A model generated the notes under the pieces. The model ran no database searches and was not told the origin of the DNA. It worked only from the letters and a program-made list of their open reading frames with translations. A DNA stretch of 64,000 nucleotides from NCBI RefSeq assembly GCF_006345805.1, contig NC_043007.1:58342001-58406000 (forward strand), written 5' to 3'. Positions 51,805-64,000 of the stretch are shown in pieces. Origin of the DNA: Octopus sinensis (taxonomy: Eukaryota). Numbering within the stretch: the first letter of the stretch is position 1; each line of letters starts with the position of its first letter. Both the position numbers and the translations under genes were made by a program.

Positions 51805-52503
51805 CAAGCAAACCCGTGTCGTCAAAACAATATGAGAAACCATTGCTTTATGTCAGCAATCGAGTGAATATATTTTCACAGAATCGAAGCACCTGAACAA
51901 TCAGATACGGTTGTGTTAATAAATTTTAATCTTTTGAATTGACAATTATATATATCCAATTTCTTTTCATTTATGTGTGTGTGTGTGTTTGCGTATGTAT
52001 GTATATAAACATCCATCTATCCATCAGGTTGGCCTTACGAACCTATATAAGTGTGTGTATATATGTATATATGTATGCATGTATGTATGCTATGTATGTA
52101 TTTCATGATTCAGTTTTATTTTAAGATTTCTTGCCAATAAAGAAAGAGCTGATTTCTAACCTAAATCTAAGGCTCCTTCATTGGAATTTCAACATCAACA
52201 ACAGGGCGTTATTGTATGTTTGTATGTACGTATGTATGTATGTATGTATGTATGTGTATGTATGTATGTATGTATGTATGTATGATGTATGTATGTATGT
52301 ATGTATATATATATGTATGTACGTACGTATGGGAGCTATGAAAAAATATAAAGCCCAGCAACACAACCGGATCATTCTGCACATCTGTGTAATTTTTCGC
52401 TCAATTCCACCCAGCCGTTTGACAGTGAATCCAAAGAAATGAAAGAATCGCCCATGTCAAATTTATATGTATATATATATATATATATTATATATATATA
52501 TAT

Positions 52504-52540
<37 letters not shown>

Positions 52541-52544
52541 CTTC

Positions 52545-53447
52545 TATGTGTGATCAAAAAGTTCCCGTGCTTGTTCTGTAGTGCTCTAACAAAAGGCAGC
52601 ACACGGTTGCGTGTGCAATGATAGCTAGCAGTGAGCTTCATGAGGCAATGTGCCGAGTGACAACGCTGTGTTTACTTCGCAAGTCGTGAAGTTTGTGTTT
52701 TTGCGATCACGTGTATGCTATGGCCTGCGATTTCGTCATGGACAGGAACTACGTGAGCCAACGGAAAATTTTGCGTTAAACTCGGGAAGTCTGCTACGGA
52801 GACATTGAGCCTGCTTTGGCAAGCTTACGGTGACAAGGCAATGGGTTTTGTGCAGTGTTTCGAATGGCACGGGCGATCCAAAAGCGGAAGAACTTCCCTT
52901 GAAGACGATGAACAATCTGGAAGACCTGCTACGAACATCATCCCTGAAAATATTGTATTGTGCATCGACAATTCGACCCCCAGGTCAAGACCGTCAATCG
53001 AGACTTCTACTGTGACATTTTGAAGCGTTTGAGGGAGGACATTCGCGAAAGCAACCGGATCTGTGGAGCGTGAAGAATTAGATTCTTCACCAAGCTCTCC
53101 TTACTCGTGAGTTTCTCGCCAAAAGCAACATGGTATCCCTTTCGCACCCACCCTGTTCGCCAGATTCAGCATCTGCAGACTTCCAGCTTTTCCCCAAGAT
53201 GAAAATGCAGCTCAGAGGTCACCGTTTTAACACTGTTGTAGAGATACAGAGCGAATCACAGAAGGTCCTCGACTCGCATACGGAAAACGACTTCCAATCC
53301 GGAATTCAAAAGTGGTAGGAACGCTGAGACCGGTGTATTGCTGCGCAAGGTGACTATTTCGAAGGAGATGATCTTAAAACTTAGGTAAACGAGTTATTTT
53401 TTTATTAAACATAACTGGTCCAGGAACTCTTTGATACCACCTCGTAT
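52545..53447 (+). mobile_element. Internally deleted mariner
   Basis: TIR-like ends (tgtgatcaaaaagttcc / ggaactctttgataccacctcgta); VKLGKSATET, SLEDDEQSGRP, HPPCSPDSASADFQLFPKMK, AQGDYFEGD. Confidence 0.88.
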
Positions 53448-54020
53448 TTTTCTAGTCCCAAGGCTTTCGTCGGCCCTACGATATAGTAGGCCATGATATT
53501 TAGGCCACCACGAAGTATATATACATATGTGTATGCATTTACACACGCACATATGTGTGTATGCATGTATACACATATAAATACATTTATCACTCTCTCT
53601 CTTCATATACGTATATATATATATATATATATGTGCGTGTGCGTGTGTTTATATATATATGTGTGTATGTGTGTGTGTGCGTGTATATATATATATGTGT
53701 GTGTGTGTATGTGTATGTATAAATATGTGTGTTTGTGTATGCATACTCTCATACATATGCATACATATTTATATACACCTAAGCATGTACATACATATAC
53801 ATATGTGTCTTTGGGAATGTCTGTGCATGCGCGCATGTTTCGTTACATTTCTTACATCCATGAAACTTGTAACATGTTATTTTTTTACTTGGAAAATGAA
53901 ATATTTTGAAAGCAAAAGAATTTAATATATAATTTTCTGTAGATATATTTATATATGCATACATATATATATGTATGTATGTATGTATGTATATATATAA
54001 CTGATGATTTGTGTGTTTGT

Positions 54021-54058
<38 letters not shown>

Positions 54059-54063
<5 letters not shown>

Positions 54064-54343
54064 CTCGCAGAATATCTAAAGTTCGCAGCTGATTTTCTCC
54101 AGACTGGGAACATACATTACTTATGTTCCAGAGATAGTTTTAGATTCTTAAAACTTTTCACATAATGTGTAATGGAGCTCATTGGGGTAGAAACCCCCTT
54201 TCCTTGGTAAACGATACGAACAATCGCATAACTTCGTTGGTTGCTTCGTTGGTTCAAGGGATATAACTTTTGATGACGTACACATGTTAATTTCTCTACC
54301 CCTCTACATATTATATTATGTTGTATATATAAAACTGAGGATG

Positions 54344-54374
<31 letters not shown>

Positions 54375-54550
54375 TGTGTGTGTGTGTGTGTGTAAACCCG
54401 CAGAACTTCTGAAGTTCGCAACTGATTTTCTACAAAGTTGGGAACATACACAACTTATATCTAGAGATGGTTTTAGGCTCTTAAAATTATTCACAAGATG
54501 AGTAATGAGGCCCCTAGGAGCAGGAAATCCCCTTTCTTGGGGGACGTACG
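54059..54550. repeat. Two diverged units of about 160 bp, each preceded by (GT)n, period about 333 bp
   Basis: gtaaac.cgcagaa..tct.aagttcgca.ctgattttct occurs at about 54059 and 54392. Confidence 0.75.
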
Positions 54551-56384
54551 TCTGCCTGCATGGTCCACGCATTGCTTCTGTTCAAACTGGGGAAAATAGC
54601 TACTGAAATGACTTAAGTAGGTTGTATTAAATGGATGAATCGATGTAGACTTTAGATTGCGTTGTCTAAGTGGTAGCAGTAATAGCCTGTCCCCGTAGTA
54701 CCATAGGTAGCAATATGTTGGAATAAAAACCGTTTAGAACGCACTATGTTTATTATGAAAAATATGCTGGAATATGTTAAAATCTTGAGCAACTTTTCAA
54801 CTATTTTCTTTTAGCTTCAGAATCAAAATCTTCCTTCTAAGCATAGACGAAATCAATACAAATATTCTTCAGCTACTGGTTACAAACCGAAATATCGCAC
54901 GTACATTAACCTACTAATTTATGGTGTCTAAAATCCTATTACGTTAGTTAGAGACTGTGTCCTTAATGTGACCTTGCGTGCCCGGACGTTGCATGCAGAA
55001 TTGTTTTCGTTTGGGAGCTGAGTTGTCCTCACTAAGGTCGCACGCTGTTTACACGAGGAAGTGCATGGTTGAGCCACGACAATTGATTCCCAAACACATC
55101 AGCAACCCAACGTCACATGACCCTACCACGTTTGTTAGAGACTGTGTCCTTAATGTGACCTTGCGTTTTGGAGCTGAGTTATCTTCACAATGGTCGCATG
55201 CTATTTACACACGGTTGAGACACGACTATTGATTCCAAACTGAAATATCGCATGACAGTGTTGTTCTCAAGCGCTTCCTTGACAATATCCACCCCCTTTA
55301 CCACGACATTTCTTTCATGTAGATTTATTTCATGTGGTGCTCTTGAGCGCACCCAAAGGCTTAATTTATCACATAGATGTAACCCCTATGTCTACTGATT
55401 GTTCAGGGTGGTAGCCGCAGTGGCGACAGCTGCCAGGGAGAGTATATCCACTGAGAGCTTTTTGGTGAATTCAAAAATCACACACGCATATCCCCCACAC
55501 GCACTTTCCTAGGGCCTGGAATCTTCCAGACAGACGCATGACATGTCACTTAGTCGAATTAACCCTTCATTTCCTCCACAAATGTTTTATCGTCCATGCT
55601 ACACTTCCCCGTATCACGTTTCAAATTAACTGCATCATATATACAAACTATGCCATTCAATTCCCGAGCAACGACGGGTATCTCTGCAAATATATGTGTG
55701 TGTGCGCGTGTGTAAAATTGATAAATTAAATTCAATTTATGATAAAACTGAATAAAATTTTGAATTATTTTAATTAAAACGTCAGCGACTTCAGAACACA
55801 ACATTTTGCTACAGTTCGCCTGCATTTAGAGTCTCTAACTACCACTCCCTCGTATACTATTGTTTTACCCTGTTTCTCTCAGAGTGACAGACAAGTCCCA
55901 CGTTGCGTTTTAATATATTTAAGATATATATATATATAGTTACAAACCTCATTCAGGGATAGCAAAATCCTATGAAAGTACTGGTTAATTACCTTACAAA
56001 GAGTATTGAACATTACATTTAATACTCAACTGCAAGGTAACTATATAAACCGTGGTTTATATATATTTTATTTATTATAATAATAAGAGAATAGAGAGGT
56101 GATTAATAAATTACTACTTGTTAATTAAAAAATTGACAAACATCCACTTACAGCTGTTTCGATTTAGTCCCTTAGAAAATTAATTACTTCATTAAATTTT
56201 AAATTATTTATCATTATCGACTTCTTCAGAGGTCGATAAAGATATGCAAATTAGGTATTCAATTTCCTCATCTTGAGTAAACGGCTGCAAACCGTTTACT
56301 CAACATGAGGAAATTGAACACCTATAAGTGGAAGTTTGTCAATTTTTTAATTAATAAATAATTTATTAATCACTTCTCTGCCCT

Positions 56385-56642
56385 TCTCTATACATCGGGC
56401 AAACAGGACGCCGCTTGGCTGACCGGTTCACGGAACACCTCCGAGACATCCGACACGGCAATGACACCCCGGTCTCGCGCCATTTCCGCTCTACCGGTCA
56501 CTCTTTGCAACACCTGTCTGTGTTCGGATTGTCCTTGCACGGGGGCCATCCGGACACCCGTTTTCGCCGTGAACAGAGATTAATCTTCTCTCTTCGCTCC
56601 TTTGCGCCACATGGTCTCAATTCTCCTCCCTTCTTCATCTAA
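56385..56642 (+). pseudogene. Penelope-like GIY-YIG endonuclease, C-terminal half
   Basis: LYIGQTGRRLADRFTEHLRDI...VSRHF..GHS...REQRLIFSLRSFAPHGLN*. Confidence 0.9.
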
Positions 56643-57214
56643 CCCTCCTCCTCACTCCTCTCTCCCTCTCGACCTACTTCCTCTCACCCACCTCTCCTCT
56701 CTTGCTCCGATTCCTACTTCTTCCCTTCACTCCTAACCTTCTCTCTTCTCTTCACTCCTATCCTCCTTCTCTTTTCCCACTCTCCCTTCATCGTAACCAC
56801 AACCCTACACAATCCAACCCCACCTTCCGTATCCATCCCACCCCTACCCAATCCCTTACACCCACTCTCACATACCTCACTTCTACCCCACCCTCAATCT
56901 AACCAACATACCCCACCCTCAGCCTAACTCACACCCCAGCCTTGCTTCCCCACTCTCGCCTCCCCCACATCCCAACACCACCACACCACACACCACCACA
57001 CCATACATCACCATATCGCACAACACCACATCACATAACACTACACACACACTAGCACTGACCACTTCCCAGCCCCACACTATCATCCACACACCTATAC
57101 ATGCACACACGCACACGTCAAGATCACCAGCCCTCTTCCACACGCACATAATGCTCTCTTATACACACGCACACGCAACTTCGTTTTGGGATGACCACTA
57201 CTTTATTATCTCCC

Positions 57215-57737
57215 CCTTCTTCCTAGCTCTCCTGTGTGAACCCTCTGTGCTTATTCCTTCTTCGTGAGCAATCTCCTGGGTTGTTATGCAACAGTTTTCC
57301 ATGACTATTCGCCGAACCTTTCCAATGGGTTCCTCGTTTCAGCTTGCGGATGACCTGCCTGAGCGTGCTTCGCTCGCCACTGAGGTGCGGCTATCTTTGA
57401 AGTTGTCGTACCACTCCTTGATGTATGTTTTGCCCATAGCATCATCACCAAGCGCCGACTGAATCGGTTTGAGATTAAGTATCACCAAGCTTTTGGCAAA
57501 ACTTGATGCAATATCACTGCTCCGCGCGATTGGTGTAGACGAAAACCCGAGGAACGCACACTACACATCTGTACTCTAGGCGTAACATTGGCGAACTGAC
57601 GTGGAATACCGGCATGAAATTTTTCACGCATGCGCAGGAAGGGTGACGTTACCTCCCATCCAAAGGATTTTGCACACGTGGCATTAGTTTTAACGGGGAA
57701 AAAATTATGTCGGATAGTTTTTGTATGCACCTCTTAC
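57215..57737 (-). mobile_element. 5' fragment of a mariner (TIR plus N-terminal HTH)
   Basis: Starts aagaggtgcatacaaaaa; YCIKFCQKLGDT, DDAMGKTYIKEWYDNFKDSRTSVASEARSGR. Confidence 0.8.
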
Positions 57738-58520
57738 ATACACACACACACAAGCATACTCATACATTCATACGCACATATATGAATGAGTGCATGACTG
57801 TGCGTTTGTGTGTGCATATGTACATGTAAGTTGTAAGGAGTATACAATCTATTCACTTGCATTTTAACACTTCTACACACATTCGCATGCATACATGCAC
57901 GTACATACATGTAAGCACATAAACATTGAAATATGTATATAATATACACAACTCTGCACATACGCACACACACATACACACACACACACTAATGCACTAC
58001 ACAATTCTATGCATTTGGTGACGAATGGGGGTTTGGTGTTGGTCTGTATTATTAAAGGGTTACCAAATCTCCTCCATGAATTAATTTTAAAAAAAAGAAA
58101 CTTTAAATGGTGGGCGGATGACTAGTAAAATACGAAAGGGTAAAATAATAACTGACGTTGAAGTTTATTTTTGTTTATTTTTCTCCGCCTTCCACCATCA
58201 CCACCACCAACAACAACTACCCCCGGGTAAAATAAAACACGCACCGCCTACCCTATTATATCCGTGCCTTGCCTTCACCACTACAATCACCACTACCATT
58301 TCTGGCGGTAACTACTACAGCAATGACAACAACGACTACTACTACTACTACTACTACTACTACTGCTGTTGCTGCTGCTACTGTTACTGCTGCTGCTAAC
58401 TCTACTAAAACCACTACCAACGCTGCTGCTGGTGCCACTACTGCTGCTGATGCTACTACAACCACTATCAACGCTGCTGCTGCGACTACTACTATTGCTC
58501 CTACTACTATTACTATTACA

Positions 58521-58557
<37 letters not shown>

Positions 58558-58989
58558 GCATACGAATTCAGAAATATCAATTCCGCCACTAATGCAGCAC
58601 TATAGTTGTTGTTGTTGTTGGTGGTGGTGGTGGTGGTGACGATGGTAAGAAGGAGAATGAGGAGGAAGATGACTACGATGTTAACACCTAGTTGACCATG
58701 AGCGAGGAAACTTCTTATCAAAGACAATCCAAATGTGAATTTCATGTCGTTTTTTTCTTTTGCAAAACGCATCCAATGTGACCTTTATGTTTAAGACGTT
58801 GACGTATGATTTAATGAAGAATTTCTTTCTTGTGGGTCGAACACCCATATTTAGGCTCCTGTATTAGCAAACGCCAGTTCAATTCATTACAGCTGATGTT
58901 TCTATAATTACGACTTCTCTAATTAATGCACCTAATGCATTAATTGTCATACCGTGTCCTGCAATTCCTTCACTATGTCATACAATAAT

Positions 58990-59246
58990 ACATTATTCCT
59001 TTTTTTTCTTTCTTTTAGTTGTTTCAGTCATGTGACTGTGGCCATGCTGGAGCACCGCCTTTAGTCCAGCAAATCGACCCCAGGACTTATTCTTTGTAAG
59101 CCTAGTACTTATTCTATCGGTCTCTCTTGCCGAACCGCTACGTGACGGGGACGTAAACACACCAGCATCGGTTTTCAAGTGATGTTGGGGGGACAAACAC
59201 AGACACACAAACATACACAGACACAGACACACACACACACATAATA

Positions 59247-59288
<42 letters not shown>

Positions 59289-59487
59289 TATATATATATA
59301 TAGCAATTAAGGACAACTTCTAATAAGGAAAACTTAACAAGAAATTATCGGGTAGATAGCGTGAAAAAACCTCATAAAAGAAAAAATTTCGAAATAATTC
59401 TTTCTTATTGAACTATTAATTTATATATAGAGGGCATTATTATACATACATACGTGTGGCATGTATGTATAATAATGCCCTCTATAT

Positions 59488-59522
<35 letters not shown>

Positions 59523-59670
59523 GACGGGTTTCTTTCAGTTTCCGTCTACCAAATCCATTCGCAAGGCTTTGGTCGGCCCGAGGCTATAGTAGAAGACATT
59601 TACCCAAGGTGCCACGCAGTGGGACTGAACCCGGAACCACGTGGTTGGTAAGCAGCTACTTACCACACAC
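58990..59670 (-). mobile_element. SINE family A with a foreign insertion in its internal microsatellite
   Basis: 3' half at 58990-59240, head at 59520-59670. Confidence 0.88.
59302..59488 (-). mobile_element. Terminal fragment of the about 500-bp HHR family with a 28-bp foldback
   Basis: Homologous to 38582-38730. Arms are 59424-59451 and 59461-59488. Confidence 0.85.
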
Positions 59671-60154
59671 CCGCTCCTGCGCCTTGGACATTTTCATATT
59701 ATATTTCATTAACTTATTTTTAAAACCCAATTAACCTCGTCATACGTCATAAACGTTTTAGTCAACCTAAGGAAAATAACTCAATCCTATAAACAATCAT
59801 ATATGTTGCATTATACTCTTACCCTATATTTAAACTTGTAGTGAAATAGCGGGAGATCTAAGTAGAACAGATAGCTATTCATATATGTCACTGATATTAT
59901 AATATCAGAGTGTTTTTATCGTATGAGGATTAACTAGTTTTCATTGTATGAAACTTGAAATCTCGGTAATTTTTCTTTTTTTTACTTGTTTCAGTCACTG
60001 GATAGCGGTCATGCTGGTGTACCGCCTAGCTGGGTTTGAATCAAATATATCGACTCCAGTAGTTATTTTTGAAGTCTGATACTTATCCTGTCAATAAGCA
60101 TAAGACTTTTGTGGAACCTCTAAGTCACGTGAACGTAAACAAAGCAACACCAGT

Positions 60155-60320
60155 TGAATATAGCTGTATAGTTAGAAGTTTGCTTCCTACCCACATGTTT
60201 CCGGATTCAGTCTCACTGCGCGACATCATGGATAAGTTTACAATAGCCCTGAGTCGATCAAAGCTTTGTGAGTGAATTTGTTAGACGGAAACTGGAATAA
60301 ATCCGTATGTATATGTGTGT

Positions 60321-60403
<83 letters not shown>

Positions 60404-60590
60404 TGTGTATATGGGAATGTTGTCCCCCACCATCGCTTGATATTCGAGGTTGGTATGTTTACGACGCTATGACTTAGTGATTCGACAAAAAGACTGATGG
60501 AATAAGTACTAGGCTTAAAAATAAATGCTAGTGTCTGACTAAAATTCCCTCAAGGCGATGTTCCAGCATGACCACAATCTAATGACTTTA
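60155..60590 (+). mobile_element. Older SINE family A copy with internal (GATA)n
   Basis: Head, core and 3' half are all recognisable. Confidence 0.7.
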
Positions 60591-61101
60591 AAAGATGAAC
60601 TATGTATATCCGACGGGTCTCCACATAGTTTCCGTCTACCAAATTCTTTTCTTGATTTGTAATTCCATAGCATTTTATCACCTATTGGATACTGTGCAAA
60701 CTTTCTGGACAACTGACATGTATAAATAATGATTCCAGTCATGATGTAAAACGCAAATCTCCATACAGAAACTGTCATAAGATGCTCAATCTTAAAGAAT
60801 TTCGTCATTTCTATGTTAAAGAGAAAACGCACAACGCCAGTAACGTACAAAGTGGTATCAAAAGTTCCCGGAATAGTTATGCTTAATAAAAAAAAAAATT
60901 ATTTACCTCGTGCTTACTTAAGGTATACCTGATTTTCACTTGGCACACTCATACAGTGACTTGTTCACCTTAATACACTGTTTCTAAATTCCAATGGTCG
61001 AAGCAATAGCGATATTCGTGGGGCAGCTGATGATGGAGGTATGTTGGATTGTTGGTATGGCTGTTATTGTATGTGCAGAATATTTTTATAAGACATCCAT
61101 T

Positions 61102-61142
<41 letters not shown>

Positions 61143-61269
61143 GAGAGAGGGAGAGAGAGAGAGATACATATATGTGTGTGTACGTGTGTATGTATCTATA
61201 TATATTATATATGTATGTATGCGTGTGTGTATGTATATATATATATACATGTGTGGGTGTGTTAAAGTG

Positions 61270-61565
61270 AGGCCGCGTGGCTCATGACCGTTGGGTCGTG
61301 AGTTCGATTCCTAGCGACGCGTTGTGGTCTACAGCAAAACACTTTATTTCACGTTGCTCCAGTCCACTTAGACGGCAAAAATAAGTTGTACTTGTATTTC
61401 AAAAGAGGGCCAATCCTGTCATATTTCATGTCAAGCTGAAAACCTAGCGAGCTACGTTAAAGGTACGTGGAGTTCTCAGCCATTTATACGTTAATTTCAT
61501 GAGTAGGCTGTCCCGTCGTTGATCGGATGAAATGAATGCTCTTCGTCCTAACTCATGGAACGCCA
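61270..61565 (+). mobile_element. SINE family C, decayed, tail P
   Basis: Homology to 38116-38500. Confidence 0.7.
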
Positions 61566-61627
61566 ATTTATATGAATTATTATGTATGCGTGTATATACA
61601 CATACGTACATAAATATTTATATATGC

Positions 61628-61687
<60 letters not shown>

Positions 61688-61691
<4 letters not shown>

Positions 61692-62310
61692 GTACCCTCA
61701 ATATAATATAAATGAATATTTTCAAAGAGGAAGAATTTACGGATTTTTTCTCTTACGAGGTTTTTCACGCTGACTACTGATATTTCTTTTTAAGATTTTA
61801 TCCTCAATTGTTAATTTATATTTTTCACCGGAATAGTTCAATACTGAATTTTTTTCCGACTAGACAATTTGTTATCGAAATGCATTGCGAATAAGCCCGC
61901 CATTTTCATAGATATGTAAAGATAAACATTCGTACATGCTACGACGAATTCTACGGTTGGCTATCGAGCTTGTAATGTTATGTTTTCTCTTATATTTCTT
62001 GAGTTTGTTGCACTGATGAACATGAAATGCATATTCTGCATTAAATGCGAAATCACATGTGATATGTAACTGAATTCTTTTTTTAAATGATGTGTTTTGA
62101 AGTTTTGCATTCGGTAAAATTTTGTTTATTTTCAGTAGTTTTGACCGCATTGGTCCCTCTTAGCGTGTTGGTATCTACGAATAGTAGTACCCTCAATATA
62201 ATATAAATGAATATTTTCAAAGAGGAAGAATTTACGGATTTTTTCTCTTACGAGGTTTTTCACGCTGACTACTGATAATTTCTTATTAAGATTTTATCCT
62301 CAATTGTTAA
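61688..62310 (+). mobile_element. About 495-bp terminally redundant HHR-containing unit (1.26 copies) between (TA)n tracts
   Basis: agtagtaccctcaatataat...caattgttaa occurs at 61688-61814 and 62183-62310; diverged homolog of 38581-39290. Confidence 0.8.
62007..62070 (+). ncRNA. Type I hammerhead ribozyme
   Basis: GTTGCA-CTGATGA-[aCAT..AATGCA tattc TGCATT..ATGc]-GAAA-TCACATGTGA-T-A-TGTAAC; palindromic stem III. Confidence 0.8.
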
Positions 62311-62314
62311 TATA

Positions 62315-62350
<36 letters not shown>

Positions 62351-62462
62351 ATGTGTGTATATAAATACATAAGTATACACGCATATACACACGCATGGAA
62401 ATGTTTGTATGTGTATATATATATATATATTGACATATAACATATACGCATTTATTTCTAAA

Positions 62463-62494
<32 letters not shown>

Positions 62495-62502
62495 TATATA
62501 TA

Positions 62503-62729
62503 GGCGCAGGAGTGATTGTGCAGTAAGTAGCTTGCTTACCAACCACATGGTTCCGGGTTCAGTCAGACTGCATGGCACCTTGGGCTAGTATCTTCTACTA
62601 TAGCCTCGGGCCGATCAAAGCCTTGTGAGTGGATTTGGTAGACGGAAACTGAAAGAAACTTGTCATATATATATATATATATATATAACACACAAATTAA
62701 GTATCCCCACTAAGGGATAGTATTTATCC

Positions 62730-62794
<65 letters not shown>

Positions 62795-63030
62795 GTATGT
62801 ATTATGTATGTATGTATGTATGTATGTGTTTGTGTGTCTGTGTTTGTACCCCAACATCGCTTGACAACCGATTCTGGTGTGTTTATATCCCCGTAACCAA
62901 GCGGTTCGGCAAAAGAGAATATAGAATAAGTACTAAGCTTACAAAGAATTAGTCCTGGGGTCGATTTGGTCGACTAAAGGTGGTGCTTCCGCATGACCGC
63001 AATCAAATGACTGAAACAAGTAAAAGAATA
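62503..63030 (+). mobile_element. SINE family A with an expanded internal microsatellite
   Basis: Head at 62503; 3' end aagtaaaagaata. Confidence 0.9.
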
Positions 63031-63158
63031 TATATACATGTATATATATATATATATTTAATCATATCAATGTGAAATGGAAATTAATTAAAATTTACAT
63101 TTCCAGTGGTCTAACGTGCAAAAAAATTAGTCAAAAATACTATATATTAGTCATACGA

Positions 63159-63392
63159 TATAGTGTATATTTAAACACATAAGGAATCCACTTATAGGAA
63201 TTCAACACGCTAGAAAGAACAGTTAGGTTCTATAACCACAAAATTAGGGATAAAATTTCGACAGGAACGAACTGATCATTTTTCAATTCGTTCCTGTCGA
63301 ATTTTATCCCTAATTTTTGTGGCTATAGAACCTAGCTGTTCTTTCTAGCGTGTTGCATTCCTATAAGTGGATTCCTTATGTGTTTGAATATA

Positions 63393-63399
<7 letters not shown>
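63159..63399. repeat. Foldback with arms of about 113 bp and a 15-nt loop
   Basis: 63159-63271 is a near-perfect reverse complement of 63287-63399. Confidence 0.9.
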
Positions 63400-63438
<39 letters not shown>

Positions 63439-64000
63439 GTATGTATATAGGGTTATGTCGTATATGGAGCCCCCACTTGTAGAAAATGGAAATAAACAGT
63501 CTCTGACTGCTATTTCTAATTTTTTCGGTGTGCGGCAAAGCAACCTGTTGCCTGCCCTTTTACTTATATACTATATATACTGAACTCCACAGAAGTTCCC
63601 GCTGCTAAAGGTCATATTTACATACCGAAATCTACCGGTAAATAATTGTTGGTTGTCTGAAAAACCATCGAAAAAATTATTTATCCTTATTATTTTATTA
63701 TATATATATATATATATTATATATATATATTATATATATATATATATATTTGTAAAAAATGAAGTTCGAAAATGCTGCTGTATTATACAATTTTTAATTT
63801 TTATATATACATTATAACATGTTTCAGTTCCTGAAATGAACCTTATCAAAAAAAGTTATATATAAAAAAAGACAGCTCATGCCGTCAAACACAAGAAATT
63901 CATTTATAATACACAACGGAGTCAGACATCTTAGAGTTCATGTATAGTTGATATATAGTTTGAAGTAAGATCATTCATGCTATATGTTCAAAGTGTTCGA

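Noticed and set aside
57255-57300. Degenerate hammerhead downstream of the GIY-YIG fragment
   Set aside because: The segment is mariner transposase coding sequence on the minus strand.
60995-61040. GAAG...GGGGCAG-CTGATGA as another permuted hammerhead
   Set aside because: It has GAAG instead of GAAA, and no upstream strand complementary to stems I and III.

Overview
This is AT-rich, repeat-saturated eukaryotic DNA. The SINE/LINE repertoire and the dense (TA)n, (TATG)n, (GATA)n and (AAT)n microsatellites look like an octopus genome (inference, not a database result). I see no host protein-coding gene, rRNA, functional tRNA or CRISPR array, and most track ORFs are microsatellite artefacts. Recognisable content: one near-full-length but disrupted L1/Tx1-clade LINE (7.6-13.7 kb, minus) plus three decayed relatives; three R4/Dong-like restriction-like-endonuclease (RLE) LINE ends; three mariner remnants; Penelope-like GIY-YIG fragments; three tRNA-derived SINE families; and MITE-like elements. 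The main result is a hammerhead-ribozyme (HHR) layer read directly from the sequence. Type I HHRs lie at 39532-39577 (+), 38873-38918 (-), 62007-62070 (+) and 42471-42521 (+), with a decayed one at 35761-35823 (+). Three of them sit in about 500-bp terminally redundant units that end in (TA)n, resembling retrozymes or Penelope pseudo-LTRs (pLTRs). At 5109-5169 (-), 36029-36089 (-) and 36690-36751 (+) all three HHR strands are present but in a non-circularly permuted order, with identical 25-nt spacing between GAAA and the CUGAUGA box. All folds were worked out by eye, and activity is untested.
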